Source of the DNA: Chloroflexota bacterium | Lineage (GTDB): Bacteria > Chloroflexota > Anaerolineae > Ardenticatenales > JAADHH01 | Reading direction: 5' to 3' | DNA: 56,680 bases | Assembly: GCA_013151955.1 (NCBI GenBank) | Contig: JAADHH010000013.1 | Span: 1-56,680 of the forward strand | Shown: positions 28,800-39,152 of the stretch, in pieces | How the letters are laid out: each line of letters starts with the position of its first letter | How positions within the stretch are numbered: position 1 is the stretch's first letter | Notes under the pieces: model-generated | What the model saw: only the letters and a program-made list of their open reading frames with translations | What the model was told of the DNA's origin: nothing | Databases searched by the model: none | Translations under genes and position numbers: made by a program

Positions 28800-30307
28800 G
28801 TTTTTCTTCTCGCAACCTGAAAGAGGGAAACTTCTACCCCCAAGTATGCCCGCCTATCCATCTGCACGAGTCGCGGATCCCTTTGAAATGCGTAATCCAA
28901 CGCGCGATCGGGAGCATGACTCCGCACAATCCAGAAACGGCGGTGGCCAACGATGGCCCCATCCACCAGTTCACCCAATTTCTGGGGGTCGTCCAACCCT
29001 CTCCACACGCGCTGTTCGTCGGTGACATGCCGATAATAACGATTGAAGGGGATGAAGATGTCTCCATCCACCAGAAAGATCACATCGTCGGGCCGCACCT
29101 GGCTATCTACGTATGCCGCAGCACCACGCCAATCTTCTTTTTGGGGAAGCTGGTACAAATTGAGCAAGGATACGAAAGATAGCAGCACCAGGGCAAGGGC
29201 TAAGGGCCATTGAACCCAGCGAATGTGGATGGAAGCAATGCCCAGCCCCAGCCACAAGCAATAGGCCGGAAGAAGCGGTATCAGATAGCGTGTAATGAAC
29301 ATGGGGGTAAATTGGGAGGCTGCGTAGGCCAGGACAAGGGGCAACAAGAAATAGAGAACGACAAAGAGCGACCGGTCAAACGGAGCTTCTCCCCCCTGAG
29401 TTCCCTTCACGTATGACAGAAGCGGGCTTATCGCACCGGACAGCAGCGTCACGGCGAAGATTAACATGGCGATCAATCGCCAGGGGTGCGAATCGGGGAA
29501 GGTCACGCCCACACTGAACTGTTGCCAGAGGGTGATCAGGTTGCCGATGTGTGGCGGCCCATATTTCCTGGCGACCCATCCCCACCAACCATGTCGTTGC
29601 TGGTATAGCAATCCAATCAGCCAGAGCAAAGCGACCAAGAACACGGCAATTTGCGAAAGCACCCAGCGCCGAAAGAAGGGCCAGCCAAGTTTGCGCCGGC
29701 TCGTGTGATACAACGAATAGGTATTTTGGAAAATTACAACCAGGACAGCCACATAATGGGCATACAAAGCGAGACAAGCAGATACTACCATGGCCACCCA
29801 ATCCATGTTCCACCGATCATTCGCAGACTTTAGGATGCGCGCAAAGAAGAACACGGAAGCCAGGCTGAATGTGCTGGCAAAGATGTACATCCTGGCTTCT
29901 TGAGAATACCAAACGTGCAAGGGGGAAATGGCCAGAAAAGCAGCGCTCCACAATCCGACCGCGCGATCAAAGAGCGTTTTTCCCAGGAGGTAGAGGAGAA
30001 AAACACTGCTCCATCCAGCAAGGGCAGAGGGCAGGCGTACAAAGGTGTCTCCCTCGCCCAGTTGTATCCAAAAATGGAGGAACAAATGGTACAGATTGCG
30101 GTCGGAGAAGGGCAGGCCGGCGAAATGGGTCAGCGAAAGTTCCTGAAGGGAGCGATGCGCGAAGGCAACACTGTAGGCCTCGTCATACCAGAAACTCTCG
30201 CTTCCCAGGGTATACAGGCGAAGTGCGGCAGCCAGCAGCAAGATTGCAGCCAGCAGATAGGTGGTTTTTTGGGCATCGACCGTTTCATTCTTCCCGAAGA
30301 ATCTCAT
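28796..30307 (-). CDS. GT-C (PMT-like) membrane glycosyltransferase
   Basis: 'SFWYDEAYS', 'VRLPSA', 'YSQEARMY', 'LYAHY', 'KEDWR'. Confidence 0.82.
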   Translation of the reverse strand: MRFFGKNETVDAQKTTYLLAAILLLAAALRLYTLGSESFWYDEAYSVAFAHRSLQELSLTHFAGLPFSDRNLYHLFLHFWIQLGEGDTFVRLPSALAGWSSVFLLYLLGKTLFDRAVGLWSAAFLAISPLHVWYSQEARMYIFASTFSLASVFFFARILKSANDRWNMDWVAMVVSACLALYAHYVAVLVVIFQNTYSLYHTSRRKLGWPFFRRWVLSQIAVFLVALLWLIGLLYQQRHGWWGWVARKYGPPHIGNLITLWQQFSVGVTFPDSHPWRLIAMLIFAVTLLSGAISPLLSYVKGTQGGEAPFDRSLFVVLYFLLPLVLAYAASQFTPMFITRYLIPLLPAYCLWLGLGIASIHIRWVQWPLALALVLLSFVSLLNLYQLPQKEDWRGAAAYVDSQVRPDDVIFLVDGDIFIPFNRYYRHVTDEQRVWRGLDDPQKLGELVDGAIVGHRRFWIVRSHAPDRALDYAFQRDPRLVQMDRRAYLGVEVSLFQVARRKT

Positions 30308-30400
30308 CGTGCCCCTATTATATTCTCACTTCTCTGCCTGCGCGAATCTTTCCTGATCAGGTCGCCCCCCAGTCTCCCAATCCTGGGGGGAGCAGCACGA

Positions 30401-30550
30401 CTGTTTTGAAAATAACGTGTCAGGTGTCACGTAAAACGTGATGCGTGATGCGTAAGACGCAATACACAATACGTTTCACGCCTTCACGTTTCACGCCTTC
30501 ACGTTTCACGTCCCGCCATTTTCATCCTTGGTGGCGTGCGCGCCGTTCAT
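30401..30550 (-). repeat. Composite intergenic repeat, family A copy 2 (reverse orientation)
   Basis: Its reverse complement matches 46483-46603, with extra gtgaaggc/gtgaaac units. Confidence 0.9.
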
Positions 30551-30558
30551 AGTGACTG

Positions 30559-31596
30559 CTATGTTGCAGCAGGATTGATTTCTCTGCCGGCGTACTGACG
30601 GGTATAGTATTCCTCGTAATGTGCGCCGCTCTTTATTTTGCGCCACCACCATTGGTTGTCCACATACCAGCGCACCGTTTTTTCTAACGCTTCCTCGAAC
30701 GTGTGCCGGCTCTGCCACCCAATCGATTGAATCTTGCGGCAGTCCAGCGCATAACGACGGTCATGACCGGGCCGGTCGGTGATCGGCTGGAGGAGACTCT
30801 GCGGCTTATCGAGCAGCTTGAGGATGAGGTGGGCCATGTCGATATTGCGCGTCTCCGTACCGGTTCCCAGGTTGTAAATCTCGCCGATCTGACCTTTGTG
30901 CAGCACCACATCAATGCCCTCGCAATGGTCCAACACGTATTGGTAGTCCCGCATCTGTAATCCATCGCCGTACAGAGGCAGAGGAAGGTCGTCAATGGCA
31001 TTGGTCACGAAGAGGGGCACAACTTTTTCAGGATATTGGTACGGGCCGATGTTATTGCTTCCCCGCGTGATGGTTACCGGCACACCAAAGCTCGTGAAGT
31101 AGGCCAAGCACATCAAATCGCCGCCGGCCTTGCTGGCCGAATAGGGACTGCGCGTGTGCAGGCGGTCACTCTCCGTGGAGCGGCCATCCAGCACTTGGCC
31201 ATACACTTCATCTGTGCTAACCTGGTGATATCGTTCCACACCAAATTTCCTCGCTGCTTCCAGCAGCACATAGGTGCCATAAACATCGGTTTGGATAAAG
31301 CCCCCCGGTTCCATCAGGGAGCGGTCTACGTGACTTTCGGCGGCGAAGTTTACGATTGTATCGACGCTGTATTGTTGCACGACCCGCTCTACTTCTTTGG
31401 CATCACAGATATCGGCCCGCACAAAATCGTACCGCTCCGCAAATCGCTCGGAAACGTCCTGCAGGTTGTCAAGGTTGCCGGCGTAAGTCAAATTGTCGTA
31501 GACGACCACGTGATAGTTTGGGTAACGTTCCAGCAGGTAGCGTACGAAGTTGGAACCGATAAAGCCAGCGCCACCGGTGACGACAATGTTCTTCAC
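30559..31596 (-). CDS. rfbB: dTDP-glucose 4,6-dehydratase
   Basis: 'TGGAGFIGSNF', 'FAAESHVDRS', 'VSTDEVYG', 'YSASK', 'DRPGHDRRY'. Confidence 0.95.
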   Translation of the reverse strand: MKNIVVTGGAGFIGSNFVRYLLERYPNYHVVVYDNLTYAGNLDNLQDVSERFAERYDFVRADICDAKEVERVVQQYSVDTIVNFAAESHVDRSLMEPGGFIQTDVYGTYVLLEAARKFGVERYHQVSTDEVYGQVLDGRSTESDRLHTRSPYSASKAGGDLMCLAYFTSFGVPVTITRGSNNIGPYQYPEKVVPLFVTNAIDDLPLPLYGDGLQMRDYQYVLDHCEGIDVVLHKGQIGEIYNLGTGTETRNIDMAHLILKLLDKPQSLLQPITDRPGHDRRYALDCRKIQSIGWQSRHTFEEALEKTVRWYVDNQWWWRKIKSGAHYEEYYTRQYAGREINPAAT

Positions 31597-31616
31597 AAAG
31601 TGACTCCTTTCGTGAT

Positions 31617-32684
31617 CTACAACACGCCTACTTGGCTATAATCGCCCAGGGTGAGTTTGTACGCCTTTGGCTTGACCGGCGAGCGCGTCAGCACCACCCG
31701 CCGCCCGATAAGGCTTCCTTCGATGCGATGTGGAATGTCGCTAATCTTGCTATGTCCCAAAACCATCGAGTTTTCAATCTCGCTGTTCTCGACGAGCACG
31801 TGATGATATATGGAAGTAAACGGGCCCACGTAGGAATTGACAATCCGTGTTTGTTCACCGATGATGGCGGGGCCGCGGATGACGCTGTTGATGATTTCTG
31901 CACCTTTTTCTATGGTCACCCGTCCGTCCACCTGGGAATCACGGTCAACATATCCGTCATTGTGCGGCGTGAGTTCTTCCAAAACCAGGCTGTTTGCTTC
32001 CAGCATGTCACCGGGCCGGCCGGTGTCGATCCACCAGCCGCGATGCACGTATGGGAAGACATTGTATTGATGATCTACGAGCCACTGGATGGCATCGGTG
32101 ATCTCTAATTCGCCGCGCCACGACGGCGTTATCTTTTCTACAGCTTCGAAGACGTGGTGGTCAAACATGTAGATTCCGACCAAGGCCAGATTGCTGGGCG
32201 GGTCCTTGGGCTTCTCGATCAAATTGACGATCTCGTTGTCGTTGCCCAACACCGCTACGCCGTATTGTTCGGGATGCGCTACACGGGTCAGCACAATTTG
32301 TGCCGTGTAGTCTGAATCGGCAAACTGCGCGATGAGGGGTGAAATGCCCCCCTCGATGACGTTGTCCCCGAGGAACATCACGAACCGGTCATCGCCCAGA
32401 AAATCGCGACTGATTTTCACCGCATGGGCCAGTCCTAACGGGGATTCCTGGGGGATGTAGGTGATATTCACATCCCAGCGCCCTCCCCTTCCCACAGCGT
32501 TCTTGATTTCCTCGGCTGTGTCGCCGACGACGATGCCGATGTCGTTGATCCCCGCGTCGCGAATCGCCTCGATGACCCGAAACAGCACCGGTTTGTTGGC
32601 AACAGGGATCAATTGTTTTGCGCTGGTAAAGGTCAGCGGGTATAGCCTTGTCCCTTTTCCTCCACTCAGTATCAGACCTTTCAC
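31617..32684 (-). CDS. rfbA: Glucose-1-phosphate thymidylyltransferase (long form)
   Basis: 'LSGGKGTRLYPLT', 'KQLIPVANKP', 'LGDN', 'SWRGELEITDA', 'WWIDTG'. Confidence 0.92.
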   Translation of the reverse strand: MKGLILSGGKGTRLYPLTFTSAKQLIPVANKPVLFRVIEAIRDAGINDIGIVVGDTAEEIKNAVGRGGRWDVNITYIPQESPLGLAHAVKISRDFLGDDRFVMFLGDNVIEGGISPLIAQFADSDYTAQIVLTRVAHPEQYGVAVLGNDNEIVNLIEKPKDPPSNLALVGIYMFDHHVFEAVEKITPSWRGELEITDAIQWLVDHQYNVFPYVHRGWWIDTGRPGDMLEANSLVLEELTPHNDGYVDRDSQVDGRVTIEKGAEIINSVIRGPAIIGEQTRIVNSYVGPFTSIYHHVLVENSEIENSMVLGHSKISDIPHRIEGSLIGRRVVLTRSPVKPKAYKLTLGDYSQVGVL

Positions 32685-32737
32685 AATGACCTCCTAGAGA
32701 TTTTCAGAGCTTGATTTGGGGAAGGGGCACCTTTCCT

Positions 32738-33508
32738 CTACCAGCGACCGAACCATTTTCGTCGGTGCTGGGGGGGCAGGGGCGGTGCCACGGCAATGGG
32801 CACGTTTTCCAGAATGGCCCGGGGAACCTCCGTGACCATCCGCTCTGCCTGTTCCCTGCCCACGTATTCAGCAGCGATGGTCACCGCTTCCGAAAGGAGC
32901 GGCGGGCGAAGGTCTGTATTGTGCGCATCGGAAGCAATGATATGGGCCAGCCTCCGCCGCAACAGCGTGATGGCCGTTTGTTTGGCCTGACTTCCAAAGG
33001 TTCCGCCCAGGCTGCCAGAAGTGATTTGAACCAGCACACCACGTTCGACAAGAGGAGGGATCAGCTCTATCTTTTCTTGCACCGCAGAATATCGTTCCGC
33101 ATGGGCCAAGACCGCGGTAATTCCTTCTAAGGCCAGCTCAAAAAGCACCTGGTCCAGGTAGTGGGGGAAAGCAGAGAAGGGAAGTTCCAGCAAAATATAG
33201 CGGGAGCCATTCAGTGTCAGCATTTGTCCCTGCTTCATGCGTTGTACAAGGTCGGGTGTAATATGTACTTCACTTCCCAAATAAAGGTGCAGGCCAATGT
33301 TTGCGTTTTCCACAGATGATTGCAGGTGGTGCAGTCTTTCAATCATCCCCTCGCGTTGCTCCTTTTCCTCCCAATCTGCGTTGTGGGGGGTGGCGATCAT
33401 CTGGTGGATGCCGTCGGCTACGGCCATACGAGCCATTTCCAAGGCTACGTCCAGGTCGCGTGCCCCATCGTCAATGGCCGGCAGGATGTGTGTGTGGATG
33501 TCTATCAT
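32738..33508 (-). CDS. CpsB/CapC family PHP tyrosine-protein phosphatase
   Basis: 'MIDIHTHILPAIDDG', 'ATPH', 'AHAERY', 'ASDAH'. Confidence 0.92.
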   Translation of the reverse strand: MIDIHTHILPAIDDGARDLDVALEMARMAVADGIHQMIATPHNADWEEKEQREGMIERLHHLQSSVENANIGLHLYLGSEVHITPDLVQRMKQGQMLTLNGSRYILLELPFSAFPHYLDQVLFELALEGITAVLAHAERYSAVQEKIELIPPLVERGVLVQITSGSLGGTFGSQAKQTAITLLRRRLAHIIASDAHNTDLRPPLLSEAVTIAAEYVGREQAERMVTEVPRAILENVPIAVAPPLPPQHRRKWFGRW

Positions 33509-34182
33509 ACTTGCGTGTAGTATCCTTGCACGACGGAATCAAAAGGAGCATTGTTGAGCACGGACCCGATCAGGCGGGCGTTGACCTTTTGCAATAAGTT
33601 CACGGCCCGGCGGGCATGCTCGCGGCGGGTTTTGCCCACGCGGATTACCAGCAATACGCCATCCACTTTGGAGGCCAGGACGGCCGCATCTGTCACGGCT
33701 ACTACGGGAGGCGTATCCAGAAATACGATGTCGGCCTGTGCCGTGAGCGCTTTGATGATTTCCTCCATGCGGCGGGAAGCCAGCAACTCGGAAGGGTTCG
33801 GAGGCAACGGCCCACTGGGCAATAAGAAGAGGTCCGAAACCTCCGTTTCCCGCAGGGGGGGCTGGGCAAACAATTGCTCGTCCACCACCATCGAAGTGAT
33901 TCCGGAATCGTTGTCAAAGCCAAACAGCGTGTGCAGCGAGGGCTTGCGCAGGTCGCAGTCGGCCAGGATCACGCGCTTGCCGGCTTGCGCAGTAGCCACA
34001 GCCAGGTTGGCTAGCGTGGTAGATTTGCCCTCCTCGGGGCCGGCAGAGGTGATGACCAGCGTGTGCAGCGGGTTGTCCAGGCTGGAAAACTCGATGTTCG
34101 TGCGCAGGGAGCGATAGGCTTCACTGATCGGCGAACGAGGGTTTAGCAATGTAGTCAAGTCTGCGTGTATGTGTTCATTCAC
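33505..34182 (-). CDS. CpsD/CapB family BY tyrosine kinase
   Basis: 'SEAYRSLRTN', Walker A 'EEGKST', 'DCDLRKP', 'LDTPP', C-terminal YY. Confidence 0.92.
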   Translation of the reverse strand: MNEHIHADLTTLLNPRSPISEAYRSLRTNIEFSSLDNPLHTLVITSAGPEEGKSTTLANLAVATAQAGKRVILADCDLRKPSLHTLFGFDNDSGITSMVVDEQLFAQPPLRETEVSDLFLLPSGPLPPNPSELLASRRMEEIIKALTAQADIVFLDTPPVVAVTDAAVLASKVDGVLLVIRVGKTRREHARRAVNLLQKVNARLIGSVLNNAPFDSVVQGYYTQV

Positions 34183-34201
34183 AGTCGTTTTCTCCTGCCC
34201 C

Positions 34202-35011
34202 CTATAACGCCAGTAGGGTCATGCCGGCGATGGCCAGTGTCACTCCGCCAAGAAAAGCTACCGCAGCGATCAAGAGGGTGCTGCTCGAAACGCTGCCCAG
34301 AAAACTACGGCCGGACTTTTCGGGACGATCGGCTTGCGCAGCAACAGAGGAACCACTCATCGTGGGGATAACCCCGAGAATGGAGATATCTTCCCCAACG
34401 TAGCGCCCGACGTCCCCGGCAGTCTTGATCGTGTCATCGGCATACTCGAGGATCAGCGCAATGATCGCGCCGAGCAACGCCCCCAAAAGAGCGCCGGCGA
34501 GTATGTTGATATTGGTCTTGGGGGAAAAGAGAGAACCCTCTTCAGGGTCCTCTAGCTTAGTAACGTAAACGCGATCCCTCTTGTCTTGGTCCAGATTAAA
34601 GGCTTTCATTTGGGCGACGAAGACCTCGGCGGTCACACGGGCGATGTCTCGAGCCACAATGGGGTCATGGTCCTTCACGTCCACCTGAATGAGCAGATCC
34701 GATTCAATCGGGCTTACGTTGAGTTTGGCCTTCAGGCTGTCGGGGGACATGTCCAATTGCAACTGGTCAATGACTTGTTGGGCGTTCTGGCGCGATTTGA
34801 TTTGACGGCTGTAATTCCGCATCATGTTCTTCAGGGTTTGTTGCAAGCCCCAATCGAGCCGTGCAGGTTGTACGCTCAACAAGACTGTCGCCCGGTATAC
34901 TGGCTCTTGCGCCTTGCTGAAGGCCAAGGCGCTGATCGTCGTTACCGCGGCTACCAGCAGGATGATCCAGCCCCTGCGCAGCAGGATCCGCCAGTATGTT
35001 TTTATGTCCAT
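34202..35011 (-). CDS. CpsC/CapA (Wzz-like) polysaccharide co-polymerase / kinase modulator
   Basis: 'RRGWII', 'PVYRAT', 'SPK...GALLG', 'EYADDTIKT', 'LGVIP'. Confidence 0.85.
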   Translation of the reverse strand: MDIKTYWRILLRRGWIILLVAAVTTISALAFSKAQEPVYRATVLLSVQPARLDWGLQQTLKNMMRNYSRQIKSRQNAQQVIDQLQLDMSPDSLKAKLNVSPIESDLLIQVDVKDHDPIVARDIARVTAEVFVAQMKAFNLDQDKRDRVYVTKLEDPEEGSLFSPKTNINILAGALLGALLGAIIALILEYADDTIKTAGDVGRYVGEDISILGVIPTMSGSSVAAQADRPEKSGRSFLGSVSSSTLLIAAVAFLGGVTLAIAGMTLLAL

Positions 35012-35093
35012 GCCCCATTCCTCCTTGGGTGTGCTACAGGATTATGTGCGACACGTGGAATACACGGGATGCCTTCCAGCGCGCAACGCCCGT

Positions 35094-35122
35094 ATTGTAC
35101 CACATTTGAAAGGGGCAGGCAA
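35094..35122 (-). promoter_or_regulatory. sigma70 promoter heading the cps/GT cluster
   Basis: Minus strand TTGCCT-17 bp-TACAAT with an extended -10 TG. Confidence 0.65.
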
Positions 35123-35326
35123 GAAAACTCTTTTACACGAAAAAAGAAAACATTCGTGGTATTCGTAGCAAGAAGGAGATTGTATCAGGAGTTTCCAAGG
35201 CAACCCCTGAAATCCTTGACGCCCCAACTTCTTTACAAACGAGTCAAGATTCTGAACACAGATAAAGCTTTTTTGATCTGTGCCAATCTGTGTCCCATCA
35301 ACTTGTCGGTTTGAGGCGAAGCTTCG

Positions 35327-38092
35327 TTAGACGGTTACTCTTGTACGCACAAATTCCAGAATCCGTCGCAGGTTTCCGGAAACATCCCCGTCAAGTTGCA
35401 AACGGAGTACGCGCCGTCCACGTTGGGTAAGGGCCTGGTAGTCTCCTTGAGACTGGGCTTCGATCAAGGTTCCAAAGGTATAGTCGGTTTCCGGCACGGC
35501 CAGGTCTTCTGCCGGGCTGTCTACCAGTTGCAGGAAGAGGCCGTTGTTCGGCCCACCCTTGTGCAGTTGTCCGGTGGAGTGCAAGAAGCGCGGCCCGTAG
35601 CCGAAGGTGGTCGCCAGGTGCAGGCGGTCACGCAAGGCCATGCGAATCTCTTGTAGAATCTTTGTCGTTTCGGCGGTCGGAGCAAGGTAGGCCTGAAGGC
35701 CCAGATAGTCGCCGGTCTTCGCTTCTGCGAGCCAGCTTTCCATCCCGGGCAAATCTACGCCGCCCGCAGCAGACAGTTTGTGCGTCGATGGGCTCTCGTC
35801 TGAGGCGTCTGTTGCCTGGGCCATCGCTTCGCGCGCCAATCGTTTTGCCAGTTGTACGTCCGGTTGGTTGAAGGGGTGAATGCCCAGCACAGCGCCGGCC
35901 GCGGCCACAGCGACCTCCCAGCGGAAAAACTCTTGGCCCAGAGCGGCTTTGTCTGCCAGGCTGATGTGGATCACCGGGAAGCCGGCGGCTTCCAGCTCGG
36001 CCAGACGTTGCTCCAGCAAGGGAGCTTCGTCACCATCCATCGTCAGGGAAACGAAGACCCTGTCCTGGCCATAGACGGCCGGCGGGCCAACAGATTCATC
36101 GGCGACGGGGACAATGCCCTTGCCCTCCTTCCCCGTGCTTTCGGCAATTAGCTGTTCGGCCCAAATGGGAAAGGCGGACAGCGAAGGGGACGTAACGAAC
36201 GTTACCTTGTCCCGGCCGGCCAAAGCAAGTTCTCCGAGGGCGGCACCCAGGGCAAGTCCGGGGTTCTCGGCTCCCGAAACGCAGAACGCGCACGATTCGG
36301 TCATAGTCCAGGCCCGGTCCAGCAGGCTGTGAATGTCCACGCCAATGAGGGCGGCCGGCACCAACCCGAACACCGAAAGGGCCGAATATCGCCCCCCCAC
36401 ATCGGCCGGCGACGAAAACGTGCGGCGGAACCGGCGCTCTTTGGCCAAACTTTCCAGGGCTGTGCCCGGATCGGTGATCGCTACAAAATGATCTCCGGGA
36501 GATGGCGAGATTCGCGACACTTTCTCCCAAAAGTAATGAAAGAAGGAGAGCGTCTCCGTCGTCGTTCCAGATTTGCTGGCCACCAGAAAGAGCGTTTTGG
36601 AAAGCTTTACCCGCGCCCCGACAGCGCGCACGGCGTCTGGATGGGTGCTATCCAACACGATCAGTTCCGGATATCCGGCCCGGTTGCCAAAGGTCCCTTG
36701 GAAAACTTTGGGCGAAAGACTGGACCCGCCCATACCCAGCAATACCAGATGCCGTATTCCTTCATCCTTCACTTCGTTGGCGAAAACACGCAGCGCATCA
36801 ATTTGATCGTGCATGGAAATCGGCAGAGTCAACCAGCCCATGCGGTCGGCCAATTCGGGAAGGGGTTCGGGGGACCAGAGGGTGGGGTCTTTTTCCCAGA
36901 GACGGCGGGCAAACCGCGAATCTGCCCAGTCCTGCAAGCGAGAGGCCACGACTTTTTCATACGCACCAAGGTGTTGAACGGGATGGCTGGTACGGCCGGC
37001 CAGAATAGCGTTGCGTTTTTCATGGAGTGCTTGCAAGAGGTCGTCGAATGAGGCCGCGAACGAGGAGACGCCGGCCGCTTGCAGATTTTCTGTAATAGTT
37101 TCAAGGTCCAGGCCCAGCGCTTCAAGTTGGGCTAACTGGCCACGAGCTTCGTCTACCCCTTGCTCGATGGACGTCGCCAGGACGTGACCATGATCGCGGA
37201 AGTTTTGCAGGGTTGCCGGCGGGAGCGTATTGACCGTGTCCGGTCCGATGAGGTTTTCCACATACAAGACGTCGGAGTATGCCGGATTCTTGGTTCCGGT
37301 GCTGGCCCAGAGGGGGCGTTGCACGTGTGCGCCGCGACGTTCCTGCACTTTCCACGCTTCGGAGGCGAAGATTTCGCGGAATCGGGCGTAGGCCACCTTC
37401 GCGTTGGCTATGCCGGCCGTGCCGCGCAGGGCCAGCGCTTCCGGCTGCCCGGCGGCTTCCAACGCGCGGTCTACGGCAACATCTACCCGGCTGATGAAGA
37501 AGGAAGCGACCGAGGAAACACGGCCCGGAGCCTCGGCGCGGGCAACTCCACGAATGTAGGCTTGGGCCACCGATTCATAATGGGACAGGGAGAAGATCAG
37601 GGTAGCGTTGACGTTAATTCCCTCGGCAAGCAGTTCTTCGATGGCCACGACGCCGGAGGGTGTTGCCGGAACCTTGATCATCAAGTTCGGGCGGTCGACG
37701 GCCTGCCAGAGGCGACGGGCTTCGGCGATGGTGCCTTCCGTATCGTGCGCCAGGTGGGGCGAGACTTCCAGGCTGACAAAGCCGTCCGTTGCTTTCGTTT
37801 CCTCGTAGACGGGACGGAGTACATCGGCTGATTGGACGATGTCGGTGATAGCCAGTGTTTCGTACAATTTGCGTGAATCGCTGTGCGGGTCGTCGTCCAA
37901 AAGGGCGCGCAGGTCCGCATCGTAATCTGTGCTGCCGGCGATGGCTTTCTGGAAGATGGTCGGATTGCTGGTCACGCCGCGCAGTCCTTCGTCCACCAGG
38001 CGTTGCAATTCACCGCCGGCGATCAGGCTTCGGCGGATATAGTCCAGCCAGATTGACTGGCCCACTTCGGTCAGTTCTTGCAGTTTCGTCAT
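35327..38092 (-). CDS. tal-pgi: Bifunctional transaldolase / glucose-6-phosphate isomerase
   Basis: N-half 'GVTSNPTIF', 'MIKVPAT', 'WASTGTKNP'; C-half 'GMGGSSL', 'SKSGTT.E', 'GGRYS', 'EQLIAES', 'HSTGQ'. Confidence 0.92.
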   Translation of the reverse strand: MTKLQELTEVGQSIWLDYIRRSLIAGGELQRLVDEGLRGVTSNPTIFQKAIAGSTDYDADLRALLDDDPHSDSRKLYETLAITDIVQSADVLRPVYEETKATDGFVSLEVSPHLAHDTEGTIAEARRLWQAVDRPNLMIKVPATPSGVVAIEELLAEGINVNATLIFSLSHYESVAQAYIRGVARAEAPGRVSSVASFFISRVDVAVDRALEAAGQPEALALRGTAGIANAKVAYARFREIFASEAWKVQERRGAHVQRPLWASTGTKNPAYSDVLYVENLIGPDTVNTLPPATLQNFRDHGHVLATSIEQGVDEARGQLAQLEALGLDLETITENLQAAGVSSFAASFDDLLQALHEKRNAILAGRTSHPVQHLGAYEKVVASRLQDWADSRFARRLWEKDPTLWSPEPLPELADRMGWLTLPISMHDQIDALRVFANEVKDEGIRHLVLLGMGGSSLSPKVFQGTFGNRAGYPELIVLDSTHPDAVRAVGARVKLSKTLFLVASKSGTTTETLSFFHYFWEKVSRISPSPGDHFVAITDPGTALESLAKERRFRRTFSSPADVGGRYSALSVFGLVPAALIGVDIHSLLDRAWTMTESCAFCVSGAENPGLALGAALGELALAGRDKVTFVTSPSLSAFPIWAEQLIAESTGKEGKGIVPVADESVGPPAVYGQDRVFVSLTMDGDEAPLLEQRLAELEAAGFPVIHISLADKAALGQEFFRWEVAVAAAGAVLGIHPFNQPDVQLAKRLAREAMAQATDASDESPSTHKLSAAGGVDLPGMESWLAEAKTGDYLGLQAYLAPTAETTKILQEIRMALRDRLHLATTFGYGPRFLHSTGQLHKGGPNNGLFLQLVDSPAEDLAVPETDYTFGTLIEAQSQGDYQALTQRGRRVLRLQLDGDVSGNLRRILEFVRTRVTV

Positions 38093-38219
38093 TCTTGGTC
38101 TCCCATCGAGGTTAGTCTGTTCGGTTCCGGGTACAGCGTGAAGGAGCAGGGGAATCCCGCTCTTTTATTTGTAAGCATTCACCGGTTCCACATATTTGAC
38201 GCCGGCGGTGCTGAAAACC

Positions 38220-39143
38220 TTACGCCTGGCACGGGGACTCTCTCCAGGAAGGGACCTGCCGGCTGTGAGCAGCGTCCGCAGGGGAGGTGATGGCGACCTT
38301 CTCCCCGCTGAACATCAGGACGGCACAGCCTCCGGGGCCGGGACCGGCAAGGACGTTCTGCAGGCGCACATCTTCTACAAGGGCATCGGCCAGCACCACG
38401 GCATCGGCCAGCGCACAATTGCGAAGGTGCGCACGTGGGCCTACGGTTACGTGCGGGCCAAGAGTCGCGTCTGTGATTGCCGCGGAGGGGGCCACCCACA
38501 CCGAGTGAAGGTTGCCGGACGGCGTCGGGTCTGTCCACAGTTGTTTTTGCAAATCCAGATAATCTTGAACCGAATCGATGTCGTATCGCCAGCCCCCCAA
38601 AAGTTCCCATCGAACCGCAAGCCCCGAGTCTTGCAGGCTGCTCACCAGCGTGGCCAGGGTATCTTCCTGAGACCGTCCCGCGATTTCTTGTAACGCTGCT
38701 TGGCTCAGGAGGTAACAGCCGGCAGCAGCCGCAACGTCCGGCGAATAGGGAGCGGTGGACATCGTTTCCAGAAAGAAAGTAGAAGCCATGCCCGGCGCAT
38801 TGCGTATCGCGTGGAGAGGAAGCGCAGAAAAATAATGGTCAGCGTGCAAAATCAGGCAGACATCTTTGACAACACGGGCTGCCGTGGCCAGCGCCCCGGT
38901 CAGCGTAAACGGGGGCGACTGGCTGATCACGTGAACATCAGGGTGTTGGGTTGCCACATCTGCGACCCGGTCAGCCAGGTGATGGGTCACAACATGAAGG
39001 GCGCGAGGATCGAGGGGGGCAACCTGTTGGATCAAACGGCTGAGCAACGTGCCCCCTGGCACGGGAAATAACGGCTTGGGTGTCCAATAGGTGATGGGTC
39101 GCAAGCGGCGACCGGCTCCCCCGGCCAGGATAACAACTTCCAT
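38220..39143 (-). CDS. Divergent sugar-phosphate nucleotidyltransferase
   Basis: 'ILAGGAGRRLRPIT', 'PKPLFP', beta-helix-like tail; several internal motifs are degenerate. Confidence 0.7.
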   Translation of the reverse strand: MEVVILAGGAGRRLRPITYWTPKPLFPVPGGTLLSRLIQQVAPLDPRALHVVTHHLADRVADVATQHPDVHVISQSPPFTLTGALATAARVVKDVCLILHADHYFSALPLHAIRNAPGMASTFFLETMSTAPYSPDVAAAAGCYLLSQAALQEIAGRSQEDTLATLVSSLQDSGLAVRWELLGGWRYDIDSVQDYLDLQKQLWTDPTPSGNLHSVWVAPSAAITDATLGPHVTVGPRAHLRNCALADAVVLADALVEDVRLQNVLAGPGPGGCAVLMFSGEKVAITSPADAAHSRQVPSWRESPCQA

Positions 39144-39152
39144 GGTTAACTG

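Noticed and set aside
35215-35300. cacagat/atctgtg repeat remnant and a cttgac..gtcaag stem; similar remnants at 15-45 and 13240-13270
   Set aside because: Probably degenerate repeats, but single short copies in the window do not allow boundaries to be defined.
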